A stretch of 64,000 nucleotides of DNA from Myxococcales bacterium (GTDB lineage: Bacteria > Myxococcota_A > Polyangia > Polyangiales > GCA-016699535). The stretch spans positions 1,587,301 to 1,651,300 of the forward strand of contig JACKDX010000001.1 in assembly GCA_020633325.1 (NCBI GenBank). Reading direction: 5' to 3'. Within the stretch, counting starts at the first letter, position 1, and each line of letters opens with the position of its first letter. The translations under genes were made by a program, and so were the position numbers. Below the pieces are notes generated by a model that did no database searches, was not told the origin of the DNA, and saw nothing but the letters and a program-made list of their open reading frames with translations. This document shows, piece by piece, positions 45,108-55,283 of the stretch.

Positions 45108-46211
45108 ATGGCTGGGGGTTTGCCACGTGATTTGCGGAGGATTCTGCTTATCAGCGCTTCTTCATCCTCGATGGATGCAGCGGCCTGCGCCCTCGTTGCC
45201 GCCGGACACGGTGTAGTGTCGGCCAAGGATGGCCCCGAAGCTCGGAAAGCGGCGTTGGCCCATCTGCCGGACTTGGTGCTTGTCGAAGGGGATCTCGGCA
45301 ATGCTGATCACGCGGGGATAGCGGTCCAACTTCAGGACATTCCTGGATTCGATGCGGTTCCCATCATTCCGCTTCCCTCCATCGATGGCGCCTTAGCGGT
45401 GCTACAGGAACAGAACCGTACACTTCATGAGTCAAACCGTAGACTCGAGCACATGGCACGTTTACGCCGTGACTTTTTGCGAAACATCACGCACGAGCTC
45501 GCGACACCGCTTACGCCGGTCATTGGATACGTCGGACTGTTGCTTGAGGAACAACTGGGGCCGCTGAGTCCGCTTCAGAAACAAAGCCTCACATCGATGC
45601 GCAACTCGGCAGAGCGTCTGCGGTTCCTCATCGACACGCTGCTTGACATGAGTTTGCTTGAAAGCGGCAGCATGCATTTTTACGAAAGCGCCTATGACTT
45701 TGCCCATATGGCCGGACAGGCGGTTGATGCCATTCAGCCACGGGCCCAAGAGGCCAACGTGAGAGTGAGGGCACGCATTCCTGGAGATTCTTTGGCGGCG
45801 ATGGGTGATTCAGAAAAACTCCGCCGCGCTGTCTTGCATGTGCTCGATAACGCCATCAAGTTTACCCCGCGAGGCGGCAAGGTGGCAGTAGAGGTCGTCA
45901 CCGAGACCGATGCAGGCGATGTCTATTACGTGATTCGAATCGCGGACAGCGGCGCGGGCATCGATGCGGAGCAGCTTGAGCACATATTTGAGCCATTTTA
46001 TCAAGTGGATGGCTCTCCGACCCGAGCCCACGGCGGAATGGGTCTCGGATTGGCATTTGCCAGGCGGGTGGCCCGGGCGTTTGGTGGCGATGCAAAGATA
46101 GAGAGCCCGCCTGTTCAGTCGGTTGCGGGTCTATCGCTCAGGGGCACAGCGGTGACCCTTAGCGTCCGGGCTAAAATGCCGTCTCGATCGAATCCCGATA
46201 AAGTGGCATAA
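45108..46211 (+). CDS. sensor histidine kinase with N-terminal receiver-like domain
   Basis: H-box FLRNITHELATPLTPVIGY, N-box LDNAIKFTP, G-boxes DSGAGI and GGMGLGLAFARR. The N-terminal ~110 aa are receiver-shaped but lack the acidic pocket. Confidence 0.85.
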   Translation: MAGGLPRDLRRILLISASSSSMDAAACALVAAGHGVVSAKDGPEARKAALAHLPDLVLVEGDLGNADHAGIAVQLQDIPGFDAVPIIPLPSIDGALAVLQEQNRTLHESNRRLEHMARLRRDFLRNITHELATPLTPVIGYVGLLLEEQLGPLSPLQKQSLTSMRNSAERLRFLIDTLLDMSLLESGSMHFYESAYDFAHMAGQAVDAIQPRAQEANVRVRARIPGDSLAAMGDSEKLRRAVLHVLDNAIKFTPRGGKVAVEVVTETDAGDVYYVIRIADSGAGIDAEQLEHIFEPFYQVDGSPTRAHGGMGLGLAFARRVARAFGGDAKIESPPVQSVAGLSLRGTAVTLSVRAKMPSRSNPDKVA

Positions 46212-46278
46212 CTCGCCCCACGGCCCTCTTGGGCCAGTGCCGAAGGGACCCATCCCATCCGAACGACGGAGACTGCGT

Positions 46279-47397
46279 ATGCTGTATTTTGATTATCACG
46301 CCGCGAGCCCCCCGTGCACCGCCGCGCGCGAGGCAATGTCCCTGGCCGAGGCGGTCGCTTGGGCGAATCCTTCAAGCATCCATCAAGCAGGTCGCCAGGC
46401 GCGACAATGGTTAGAGCAAGCGCGGGGGCAGGTGGCGGATGCCATCGGAGCACAATTGAGCGAAGTGATTTTTACCTCGGGAGGAACGGAGGCATGCAAT
46501 CTGGGGCTCCGGGGACTTCTCTGCACGCGACCTGCGCGCGTCGTCACGACGCCTGTCGAGCATCCGGCGGTGACAAATGTAATCCGCGAGTGGGAGCGCC
46601 AGGGCACCGAGGTGGTATCTCTCCCGGTGGATGGCTCAAGGGTTCCGAGTGCAGCACAGCTTGAAGAAGTATTGCAAACGCCGACCGAACTTGTGGCCGT
46701 TCAATGGGTTAACCACGAAACCGGCATGGTGTTCCCCATCGCCGGCTATGCGGAAGTATGCTTCAAAAGCGGCGTGCCCCTCTTTGTCGATGGCACACAG
46801 GCGCTTGGCAAAATTCCTATCAATGTCAAGGGGCTCGGAGTGACCGCCATGGCATTTGCGTCTCACAAGATGGGGGGGCCCGCGGGCGTTGGCGCGCTTT
46901 GGGTCACGCCAGAGCGAGATGTTGAACCGGTCCTGCGAGGCGGCGCGCAAGAAAAAGGTCGTCGCCCCGGGAGTCCGGATGTGGTTTCCTTGGCGGGGTT
47001 TGGTGCAGCGGCGGCGCGCGTGGCTGACCGGCTTGGGCAGCTCAAAGCGATCGGTAAGCTGCGCGACTCGCTCGAAGCGTTTCTAAGGACACTCGGGGCT
47101 AGCGTGAACGCAGATGGCGCGCTTAGAGTGGCGACTGTGACCAACGTCAGCTTTCCCGGGGTGCGCGCCGATACGCTTGTGCCCGCGCTCGATGTAGAAG
47201 GCCTATGTGTCTCAAGCGGCTCGGCGTGCTCCTCAGGGCTCGTGCGCGTCAGTCCAGTGCTCGAAGCCATGTATCCTGAAGAATCCTGGCGCGCGAGCAG
47301 TGCGGTCCGCTTCAGTCTAGGACCCGAGATCACCCCAGAGGACATCGAGACTGCTAAAGGCATTATGCGGCAAGTCCTGTCGAGATTTTCATCTTAA
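46279..47397 (+). CDS. cysteine desulfurase (NifS/IscS class V aminotransferase)
   Basis: ORF trimmed to MLYFDYHAASPP. PLP lysine SHKMGGP and catalytic loop SSGSACSSG. It precedes mnmA. Confidence 0.88.
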   Translation: MLYFDYHAASPPCTAAREAMSLAEAVAWANPSSIHQAGRQARQWLEQARGQVADAIGAQLSEVIFTSGGTEACNLGLRGLLCTRPARVVTTPVEHPAVTNVIREWERQGTEVVSLPVDGSRVPSAAQLEEVLQTPTELVAVQWVNHETGMVFPIAGYAEVCFKSGVPLFVDGTQALGKIPINVKGLGVTAMAFASHKMGGPAGVGALWVTPERDVEPVLRGGAQEKGRRPGSPDVVSLAGFGAAAARVADRLGQLKAIGKLRDSLEAFLRTLGASVNADGALRVATVTNVSFPGVRADTLVPALDVEGLCVSSGSACSSGLVRVSPVLEAMYPEESWRASSAVRFSLGPEITPEDIETAKGIMRQVLSRFSS

Positions 47398-47511
47398 TAC
47401 GAATTTGAGATTTATGATCCGAAACTCTGCCTGTCCGCGCAATTGCGATATAACTCCCTGAAACATAGAGGGTTGCGGAAGTTGGCTTCATGGATGTTCC
47501 TGATCTATTGA

Positions 47512-48693
47512 ATGGAATCACTCACCCACAATCCTAGATACGTCTGTTCAGATCCCATGCCCCAACACGTCCCGCTCACACAAGGTCGTTTCGATCGTCA
47601 AGCTGATTCATTCGCCTCAAGCGCCTCCCCAAAACGTTCGGCCGTCCGAATCGTGGTGGCCATGAGTGGAGGTGTCGATTCCTCCGCGGCAGCAGCGCTT
47701 CTCCAGGAGCAGGGTTACGATCTGGTCGGGGTCACGTTGCACCTGTGGGATGCTGAGCCAGGCCGACAGCCCGGTCGGTGCTGTGCGCCGGAGGATCAGG
47801 AGGACGCCCGACGGGCATGCGAGGCTTTGGGGATTCCGCACTACGTGCTCAATGAAACCGCCGCATTTCGAGCCGAGGTCGTCGATCCCTTTCTTGAGAG
47901 TTACACACGTGGCAGTACGCCCGTGCCATGTGTATCGTGCAATCAGCACGTGAAGCTCGGCAGGCTCATCGAGGTCGCGGACGCGTTTGGTGCCACGTAT
48001 GTAGCCACGGGACATTACGCCCGTCTTCAGACGAACGAGACTGGAGGCCTTGAGGTTTTGCGTGGCATCGATCGAGATAAGGATCAAAGCTATTTCCTGT
48101 TTGGTGTCCCCGCCTCCACACTAGAGCGGTTCATGTTTCCCCTTGGGGAGATGACCAAGCCCGTCGCACGCATGCATGCTGAACGCCTTGGCGTGCCCAA
48201 CTGGAGTAAGCCCGACTCGCAGTCCCTATGTTTTGTGCCGGACAACGACATCGCGGGATTTGTGTCCCGCCAGTCGGGTCCGCAGCCTCATGGACACATT
48301 ATGGATGAATCCGGGGCAGTTTTGTCGCGACACAGCGGAATTCATCAATTTACCATAGGACAGCGCCGCCGTCTAGGCATCACGGGGAAAGAGCCCAGAT
48401 ATGTGCTGAAAATCGTCCCCGAGGACCATGTCGTCGTAGTCGGGTCGCGTGCGGCACTAGCTCGCCGCACATTCAGTGCCAGCCGTGCATCCTGGCTGAT
48501 CGAGAAGCCTCGCAACCCATTTCGCGCGCTTGTCCGCATCCGTTATCGGCATGAGCCGAGCCCCGCCGAGGTCACGCCCACGCAGGGGGGCTTCTCGGTA
48601 GAGTTTGAATGTGAGCAAACCGCTATCACCCGCGGACAGGCTGCTGTGATCTATAAGAACGAGACCCTCGTTGCAGGTGGCTACATTGATTAG
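47512..48693 (+). CDS. mnmA: tRNA 2-thiouridine(34) synthase MnmA (start uncertain; N-terminal extension)
   Basis: PP-loop VAMSGGVDSS, motifs CCAPEDQEDA and RGIDRDKDQSYFL. Alternative start at ATG 47557. Confidence 0.88.
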   Translation: MESLTHNPRYVCSDPMPQHVPLTQGRFDRQADSFASSASPKRSAVRIVVAMSGGVDSSAAAALLQEQGYDLVGVTLHLWDAEPGRQPGRCCAPEDQEDARRACEALGIPHYVLNETAAFRAEVVDPFLESYTRGSTPVPCVSCNQHVKLGRLIEVADAFGATYVATGHYARLQTNETGGLEVLRGIDRDKDQSYFLFGVPASTLERFMFPLGEMTKPVARMHAERLGVPNWSKPDSQSLCFVPDNDIAGFVSRQSGPQPHGHIMDESGAVLSRHSGIHQFTIGQRRRLGITGKEPRYVLKIVPEDHVVVVGSRAALARRTFSASRASWLIEKPRNPFRALVRIRYRHEPSPAEVTPTQGGFSVEFECEQTAITRGQAAVIYKNETLVAGGYID

Positions 48694-49261
48694 CAAGCAC
48701 CTATGGTTGGCCCCTTGCATGGGCATCGGGTTATTCCTTGTGGGATGCGAGGTCGGCAAAGGGGAGGGGGACATTCAGGGTAGCGTCGTGGTTCGTGACT
48801 GCGGTCTTTCGGGGGCCTATGATCTAGCGCCTACGTACTATGCTGCAGAGGACAGCGAGGAGCGTTTGGACATCATTATCCAACACGGGAGCGATTTGCA
48901 GATACAAAGCGATGGCGTGTTTTTGATGGTGACAGACACCAGCGACATCCGATTGCATCGGCTCGGGGCGCCTCTGCCTATCGCTTATGGGTATGAAGCG
49001 CCGGTACAGCTCGTCCTCTACCTCAACGAAAGCTGTGACATTGGACGTGGAACAAATCCCGTCTCGCTCAATGCCGTCTCGGGAACCGTTGTATTCGACG
49101 CCATCTATGCTCCCTTGGTGAACGACAATGAGAGCATTGATGCCCAACTTCACGATGTGAAGCTAGAGGATCCGAAAAAGCCTACTGAGCGCTACGGGAG
49201 TTTGGACGGATACTTTCGTTTCACGTTTAGCCGAGGTCGACCTGCTCAAAGGTTTCCCTAG
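48671..49261 (+). CDS. putative lipoprotein, hypothetical (start uncertain)
   Basis: Signal peptide with lipobox LFLVGC. No recognisable domain. The 5' end overlaps the mnmA 3' end. Alternative starts at TTG 48686 and ATG 48719. Confidence 0.5.
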   Translation: MQVATLISKHLWLAPCMGIGLFLVGCEVGKGEGDIQGSVVVRDCGLSGAYDLAPTYYAAEDSEERLDIIIQHGSDLQIQSDGVFLMVTDTSDIRLHRLGAPLPIAYGYEAPVQLVLYLNESCDIGRGTNPVSLNAVSGTVVFDAIYAPLVNDNESIDAQLHDVKLEDPKKPTERYGSLDGYFRFTFSRGRPAQRFP

Positions 49262-49284
49262 CGACATGCCCCACGGACATCATC

Positions 49285-49755
49285 ATGAAGTGCCCCTTTT
49301 GTAGTTCGCTCGAAAATCGCGTGATGGATTCGCGCCTGTCAGGCGGAGGGGAGGTCACGCGCAGACGAAGGGAGTGCGAAGGCTGCGGTCGTCGCTATAC
49401 GACCTATGAGCGCCTAGAGCAGATATACCCGCTCGTCATTAAAAAGGATGACCGCCGCGAAACATTCGATCGTCTGAAAGTCGTTTCGGGATTGCGAAAA
49501 GCGTGCGAGAAGCGGCCTGTGTCTTCTGAAGCAATCGAGGCGCTGGTTGACGATCTCGAGAAGCAGCTTGTTGAAATGGGTGAAAAGGAAGTCCCCACTG
49601 CTGTGATTGGCGAAAAAATCATGTCCAAGCTCAAAGAACTGGATCAAGTGGCTTATGTGCGCTTTGCCAGTGTATATCGCAGTTTTAAGGATATTCACGA
49701 GTTCATGGGCGCACTTTCGCACCTGCTCGATGGCGCGGAGAAAACGGAGACGTGA
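49285..49755 (+). CDS. nrdR: transcriptional repressor NrdR
   Basis: Zinc ribbon MKCPFC...[12 protein letters not shown] followed by an ATP-cone. Confidence 0.95.
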   Translation: MKCPFCSSLENRVMDSRLSGGGEVTRRRRECEGCGRRYTTYERLEQIYPLVIKKDDRRETFDRLKVVSGLRKACEKRPVSSEAIEALVDDLEKQLVEMGEKEVPTAVIGEKIMSKLKELDQVAYVRFASVYRSFKDIHEFMGALSHLLDGAEKTET

Positions 49756-50882
49756 CGGTTTCGGCATTTGACAGGCGCATGATGGCACTGGCGCTCAAAG
49801 AGGCCAAAAAGGGCACCCCAAGCCCCAATCCTCATGTGGGAGCGGTGATCACCAGAGAGGGAAAATTGCTAGCCGAAGGATTTCATGCGCGCGCCGGTCT
49901 CGCGCATGCAGAAATTGTCGCGATGGACAAAATCGGCGCCGAATGTCGTGGCGCTACCCTGTACGTGACGCTCGAGCCTTGCAATCACCACGGACGTACC
50001 GGCCCTTGCACCGACGCCATTCTCGCGGCGGGGATTGAACGGGTGGTGATCGGATGCTCAGACCCCATGCCGCATGTGCCGGGTGCAATCGAGAAACTCG
50101 AGCAGGCGGGCATCTCGGTAGAGGTCGGTGTTTTGGATTATCAAGCGCGCCAGTTGGTGGCGGGTTTTGTTAAACACCGGCGAACAGGGCTTCCGCATGT
50201 CACCCTTAAAGCCGCTGTAAGTCTGGATGGCCGCATCGCGAGCCGCTCGGGACAGGCGCGATGGCTCACGGGAGATAAGGCGCGGAAAGAAGCGCACGCC
50301 TTGCGCGCAGCCGTCGATTGTGTGCTTGTGGGGGTACGAACGGTGCTGGCCGACGATCCCGAACTGACGGTACGCCACGTGCCCGGATCGCAACCCGTCA
50401 GAGTCGTGTTGGACTCGAATTTACGTACCCCAACCAGCGCGCGCCTTTTTCAAGGGCGGGGATCGGCGGTGTGGATCATGCACGGCGCCCATGCGCCAGA
50501 AGGCAAGAAGCAGGATCTCACGCAACTCGGCGCGCAGCTTTTTATGATGCCCGAAAGTCCCCACGGTCTAAGCGTACCTTCGGTGCTGCGGCTCTTGGGA
50601 GACCGCGGGATGCAATCGGTGATGGTTGAGGGCGGCGCAGCTGTGTACAACAGTTTCTTGCGACAGGAATGCGTAGAGCGCATGGCGATATTTGTCGCGC
50701 CCGTATTGATGGGGGACCCACAGGCGCCGAGCCTCGCGGCATTTCGGGAGGTGGTCGGCATGGGGGAAGTGACCCGACTCGGGGAAGTTCATGTCCGACG
50801 GTTTGGTCCCGATGTACTAATTGAAGGCGATATACTAGAACGCCTCTCCTCGATGCATGGCCATGGCGCACATGCGGACTGA
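49752..50882 (+). CDS. ribD: bifunctional riboflavin biosynthesis deaminase/reductase RibD
   Basis: Deaminase zinc motifs HAEI and [11 protein letters not shown], plus a reductase domain. GTGA overlap with nrdR. Confidence 0.93.
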   Translation: MTVSAFDRRMMALALKEAKKGTPSPNPHVGAVITREGKLLAEGFHARAGLAHAEIVAMDKIGAECRGATLYVTLEPCNHHGRTGPCTDAILAAGIERVVIGCSDPMPHVPGAIEKLEQAGISVEVGVLDYQARQLVAGFVKHRRTGLPHVTLKAAVSLDGRIASRSGQARWLTGDKARKEAHALRAAVDCVLVGVRTVLADDPELTVRHVPGSQPVRVVLDSNLRTPTSARLFQGRGSAVWIMHGAHAPEGKKQDLTQLGAQLFMMPESPHGLSVPSVLRLLGDRGMQSVMVEGGAAVYNSFLRQECVERMAIFVAPVLMGDPQAPSLAAFREVVGMGEVTRLGEVHVRRFGPDVLIEGDILERLSSMHGHGAHAD

Positions 50883-50894
50883 CGAGGGCTCAAA

Positions 50895-51494
50895 ATGTTT
50901 ACCGGAATAGTACAAACGTTGGGCATTGTTCAGTCCCTCACGCCCTCTCAAGACGGATTGGTTTTGCGCATTCGGGCGGACTACGAAGACCTGGCGGTCG
51001 GCGAATCGGTGGCCGTTGACGGGGTGTGTCTGAGCGTAACGCCAGAGAAGGATGGCACTTTTAGCGCGCATGCATCGAAGCGCACGCTTGCTGACACCAC
51101 CTTCGGGGAACTCAACCCGAATCACACCGTGCATCTTGAGCGTGCGGCGCTGCCTAGCACTCGACTTGGCGGTCACATCGTCACAGGTCATGTCGATGGT
51201 CTGAGCACCCTTGTGGAACGCACAGAGGAAGGTGACTGTCTAGTGGCACGCTTTTCGGCGCCACCTCAGCTCATGCGGTACATTGCCTCAAAAGGTTCGG
51301 TGGCACTCAATGGCGTAAGCCTGACAGTCAATGGGCTGAGTGACCTCGCATTCGATGTCACCCTCATACCGCTGACCTTGCATGGCACGTGCTTCGGTGC
51401 GTATTCGATTGGCACGCATGTGAATCTTGAGGTCGATCTCGTGTCTAAGTACGTGGTGCGGTTTTTGGAAACTTCTCCTTCTTATGTTGCGTAG
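50895..51494 (+). CDS. ribE: riboflavin synthase alpha chain
   Basis: MFTGIVQ N-terminus, duplicated lumazine-binding repeats (GESVAVDGVCLSV / GSVALNGVSLTV), GGHIVTGHVDG. Confidence 0.93.
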   Translation: MFTGIVQTLGIVQSLTPSQDGLVLRIRADYEDLAVGESVAVDGVCLSVTPEKDGTFSAHASKRTLADTTFGELNPNHTVHLERAALPSTRLGGHIVTGHVDGLSTLVERTEEGDCLVARFSAPPQLMRYIASKGSVALNGVSLTVNGLSDLAFDVTLIPLTLHGTCFGAYSIGTHVNLEVDLVSKYVVRFLETSPSYVA

Positions 51495-52491
51495 AGACAT
51501 CATTGCCAAACTTGCCGTTTCGGTAGTGATCGGGGCCTTGTTTGCATGGCTTGTTGCGCGGGGCGGGGTTCCTCTATGGCCGAGTGCGAGTTCCTTTGCG
51601 CACGTCACATGGTGGGCGGTCCCGTTGTATCTTCTCACGCTCGCAATCAGTCACTGGTTTCGCGCAACGCGCTGGCGTTTCCTTTTAACGCCAGTGACAT
51701 CGCTCAAGACGCTTGAAGTGGTTCGCATAAGCTGGGTGGGGTTTTTCGCGATTTTTGCATTGCCACTTCGCGTGGGCGAGGTGGTGCGTCCGGCCGTCCT
51801 CAAGCTCAGGCATGGCGTGAGTTTGTCCGCCGGATTGGGGACCATCGCGGTCGAACGGGTTATCGATGGCCTCGTGACAAGTCTATGTGTGGTTTGGGCG
51901 GTGTTTTTTCTCCCGCGACTGCCGAGTACCGAGCGTCTTGTGCAGTCATTGCCCTATTATGCGTACGTCACATTGATCGTGTTCGTGGCTGCCATAGCCT
52001 TTCTGGCTTTGTTTCTGTATCAACGCGGGCTAGCGGCCGCGTTCTTGCGGCGCAGCATCGGCATGTTCTCAAAAAGGGCCGGCGACTATGCTTCTGAGAA
52101 GCTCGCGAGTGTCGCTCAAGGTCTCGAATCGCTGGCGCAACCGAAGCTCCTGGTGCCGTTCTTGGTAGAGACGGGCATCTACTGGGCTCTGAACGCCTTG
52201 GGCATGTGGTTGCTCGCGAAGGGATGCGGCCTTCCGCTCTCCTTGGGGCATGCGGTGGGCCTGATGGGCATCTTAGCCATTGGCGTGCTCTTGCCATCTG
52301 GGCCCGGCCTTTTTGGCAACTTTCAACTTGCCGTCTCCATCGGCCTCAAGCTCTATCTTGCGGGCCACTGGGTGATCGATGAGGGGGCAGTCTACATTTT
52401 TCTTCTCTATAGCATTCAAGCCCTGTTCATCGCCATTACCGGTCTCATTCCTCTGTATTTTATGAAATTACGACTGCGCGACGTGCTCTAA
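51484..52491 (+). CDS. UPF0104 / lysylphosphatidylglycerol-synthase-TM-region-like (flippase-like) membrane protein
   Basis: ORF trimmed to MLRRDIIAKL. About 8 TM helices with the RWRFLL motif typical of this family. Overlaps the ribE end by 11 nt. Confidence 0.7.
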   Translation: MLRRDIIAKLAVSVVIGALFAWLVARGGVPLWPSASSFAHVTWWAVPLYLLTLAISHWFRATRWRFLLTPVTSLKTLEVVRISWVGFFAIFALPLRVGEVVRPAVLKLRHGVSLSAGLGTIAVERVIDGLVTSLCVVWAVFFLPRLPSTERLVQSLPYYAYVTLIVFVAAIAFLALFLYQRGLAAAFLRRSIGMFSKRAGDYASEKLASVAQGLESLAQPKLLVPFLVETGIYWALNALGMWLLAKGCGLPLSLGHAVGLMGILAIGVLLPSGPGLFGNFQLAVSIGLKLYLAGHWVIDEGAVYIFLLYSIQALFIAITGLIPLYFMKLRLRDVL

Positions 52492-52567
52492 GCAAGAGCG
52501 CCCGAGCGGCACTGTCAAAACACCGATAATTTGGCGTGGGCGGGAACGGAGGACTACGGTAGGGGGT

Positions 52568-53110
52568 ATGCGATTGTGGACCCGCTTTCTCATTGTAACC
52601 GCGGTTTTACTTTTGACGTATCAGGCTCACGCGCGCACTGGGAGTGCCATCGAATACCGCTATGACCAGGTTTGGAGCGCCACAATTCGCTTGGTGAGGG
52701 TAGATCTCCGCATGGCCATTGACGAGCAGGACAAAGATCTCGGATTCGTGCTGTTTCAATACCGCGAGGGCAAGCGTGAGTTTCCGGGCAGCATCGAAGT
52801 GATCGAAGAAAAAGATGATGGAGGGAAGCGCACCATTCAGGCGGTGGTGCAGATCCCCGGCATGCCCAGTTATGTCGAGCAGGTGATGCTCAACCAGTTA
52901 AAAAAGAAACTGAAAGACGATTATGGTCCGCCCCTGCCTCCCCCGTCGAAGAAGAAAGACGACGGCAAACAGGGTGGTCGGGAGAAGGCCGACTCCGACA
53001 GGTTTGACAGCGACCGAAAGGGCCCTACTATGCGCGAGCGTGACGCTGGTCGTTCAAAAGTACGGGGGAACGAGCGTAGGGAATCTGGCTCGGATTCGCC
53101 TAGTCGCTGA
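52568..53110 (+). CDS. secreted hypothetical protein with Lys/Asp/Arg-rich tail
   Basis: Signal peptide [22 protein letters not shown]. No family recognised. The 3' end overlaps the inferred lysC start by 71 nt. Confidence 0.45.
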   Translation: MRLWTRFLIVTAVLLLTYQAHARTGSAIEYRYDQVWSATIRLVRVDLRMAIDEQDKDLGFVLFQYREGKREFPGSIEVIEEKDDGGKRTIQAVVQIPGMPSYVEQVMLNQLKKKLKDDYGPPLPPPSKKKDDGKQGGREKADSDRFDSDRKGPTMRERDAGRSKVRGNERRESGSDSPSR

Positions 53111-54269
53111 ACGCGTCGCTCAAAGCAAGCGTGAGGGCATCGATGTCATCGTGGTCGTCAGCGCGATGTCGGGCGAAACCAATCGTCTTTTGGCCATGGG
53201 CAAAGAGCTTGCAACCCATCCCGAGGAGCGCGAGGCCGACGCTCTGTTGGCAACCGGAGAGCAGGTGACTGCTGCTCTCTTGTCCATCGCGCTCAACGGC
53301 TTGGGGATACCTGCGCGCTCCTTGTTGGGTCATCAGGTGCGCATTTTGACAGACGGGGCGTTCAGCAAGGCGCGCATTCGCAGCATCGAGAGCGCAAAAC
53401 TTACCCAGGTTTTGTCCGAAGGAAAGGTTGCTGTGATCCCGGGCTTTCAGGGCATTGATGCCGAAGGCAACATCACCACGCTGGGGCGGGGCGGTTCGGA
53501 CACGACTGCCGTGGCGCTTGCCGCGGCAACTCACGCAGAGGTATGCGAAATCTATACTGACGTCGATGGCGTCTTTACCGCCGATCCAAGCATTTGCAAA
53601 GGCGCGCGCAAAATAGAACGCATCAACTACGAGGAAATGTTGGAGTTGGCCTCTTTGGGGGCCAAGGTGTTACAAATACGATCAGTCGAGATTGCTATGA
53701 AATATTCAGTTCCGGTTCATGTACGTTCAAGCTTTTCGGATAAACCAGGCACATGGGTGGTACCCGAGGACGATCTTGAAGCGGTCTTCGTGACAGGCGT
53801 CACCTACGACAAGAACGAGAGCAAGATCACCGTACGCGCCGTTCCGGACCACCCGGGGGCGGGCGCTGCCATTTTCGAGCCCATGGCCGAGGCCAACATT
53901 TCGGTCGATATGATCATTCAGAACGTCTCCACACGTGGGAGCACGGACTTGACGTTCACGGTTCCCAAAAGCGACTTGGACCAGGCGCGCGCCATCGCCG
54001 AAAGAGTCGTGAAGGATATCGGAGCCGAGGAAATCGTCGTCGATGACAATGTGGTCAAGGTCTCCATTGTCGGCGCCGGCATGCGCACCCATGCGGGCAT
54101 CGCCGCCAAGACATTTCGGCTCTTGGCAGATGAGGGCATCAACATCATGGCCATCAGCACCAGCGAGATCAAGGTCTCGGTCTTGCTGCAGGCAAAGTAT
54201 GCGGAGCTCGCCGTGCGAACATTGCATGCCGGCTTCGGGCTTGGCAATTCCGAGAAACCGCCCGCTTGA
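53040..54269 (+). CDS. lysC: aspartate kinase
   Basis: ORF 52923.. trimmed to GTG 53040 ([14 protein letters not shown], the canonical N-terminus). Motifs VVVSAM and GRGGSDTTA, plus two C-terminal ACT domains. Confidence 0.9.
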   Translation: MTLVVQKYGGTSVGNLARIRLVAERVAQSKREGIDVIVVVSAMSGETNRLLAMGKELATHPEEREADALLATGEQVTAALLSIALNGLGIPARSLLGHQVRILTDGAFSKARIRSIESAKLTQVLSEGKVAVIPGFQGIDAEGNITTLGRGGSDTTAVALAAATHAEVCEIYTDVDGVFTADPSICKGARKIERINYEEMLELASLGAKVLQIRSVEIAMKYSVPVHVRSSFSDKPGTWVVPEDDLEAVFVTGVTYDKNESKITVRAVPDHPGAGAAIFEPMAEANISVDMIIQNVSTRGSTDLTFTVPKSDLDQARAIAERVVKDIGAEEIVVDDNVVKVSIVGAGMRTHAGIAAKTFRLLADEGINIMAISTSEIKVSVLLQAKYAELAVRTLHAGFGLGNSEKPPA

Positions 54270-54286
54270 ACGGGCGATAATCTTGA

Positions 54287-54706
54287 GTGTCGCTTCGCTC
54301 AAACCTGCTCGCGCTTGCTGTCATTTGGGCGGCGTTTGCATTGAGCGAGCATGAACAAAGTGGCGCACATGGATGGGAAAAGGTGCCACAAAGTGAGCCG
54401 AATGCTCGCCTTCCTTGTAAGGACGATGGCTCCGGTGCATGCGCCTGGCTTCAGGGGAAACCGCTCGACCTCAACCAGGCAGGCTTAGAGCAGCTGCGTC
54501 TTTTGCCGCATGTCGGGCCGGCGCTCGCGCAACGCATCCTAGCATACCGGAAGGAGCATGGTGCGTTTCATAGCGCCGATGAGCTTAGGCATATTAAAGG
54601 CATTGGCAAAAAAACCATAGACAAGCTGCGGCGGTTGGTCACGGTAGCGTCCTCGACGCATCACATGTCGAACAACCACTCGAGGCGCAAGGTGACCGTC
54701 AGATAG
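54287..54706 (+). CDS. comEA: ComEA-like helix-hairpin-helix DNA-binding protein
   Basis: Signal/TM N-terminus. The C-terminus LDLNQAGLEQLRLLPHVGPALAQRILAYRKEHGAFHSADELRHIKGIGKKTIDKL is a tandem HhH. Confidence 0.78.
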   Translation: MSLRSNLLALAVIWAAFALSEHEQSGAHGWEKVPQSEPNARLPCKDDGSGACAWLQGKPLDLNQAGLEQLRLLPHVGPALAQRILAYRKEHGAFHSADELRHIKGIGKKTIDKLRRLVTVASSTHHMSNNHSRRKVTVR

Positions 54707-55179
54707 GCTGGCCGCGTCTCAAGCGCGCTCAGCACCACAAAGGGGCGAATATCCAAGCCCACTACCGTGTCGCGGGACAGCACGTAGTCGAGCCCCAGCA
54801 CCAGGTTACCCGCGCCATCGGCGCTTACCTCACCGTCTGCGACGTTGAGCATGCCATGGGCTCCCAGCCCAAAAAAAGGGATCCATTCGATCACATCGAG
54901 GACATAGATGAGCTCTGCGCCGAATAGCGACGCATGCCAGGGAAGCGTCCCTGGGTGATACGCATAGAGGGCGTGGGCACGGACCATCCAGGTATCATCC
55001 AAGCCGAGAGCGCTTGAAAGCCCAAGTGCCACACCGTGATCCCCAAGCGCGTTGTCACCAAATTGACCCGCATAGCCGGCCTCGACGCCAAGGGAAATCT
55101 GATCCTGATAAGCCAACGCGGGCGCTGCCACCCACAGCGTCGCTGCCGCGATTGTGGCTAGCCCCGTTATTCTCCGCAT
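54661..55179 (-). CDS. small outer-membrane beta-barrel protein
   Basis: Signal peptide ending ALA-YQD. Alternating hydrophobic beta-strand pattern with a near-C-terminal aromatic residue (...RLEWLFDM). Convergent 46-nt overlap with comEA. Confidence 0.65.
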   Translation of the reverse strand: MRRITGLATIAAATLWVAAPALAYQDQISLGVEAGYAGQFGDNALGDHGVALGLSSALGLDDTWMVRAHALYAYHPGTLPWHASLFGAELIYVLDVIEWIPFFGLGAHGMLNVADGEVSADGAGNLVLGLDYVLSRDTVVGLDIRPFVVLSALETRPAYLTVTLRLEWLFDM

Positions 55180-55283
55180 CCCGTCGAACTCCTCACGTTG
55201 ACTTCCCTGAACTCCCTATTATAGAAACCCAGCCTACGTGTGCGAACGGACGCTAGCATTCAACAAGAGAGCAGGGTAGCTGT

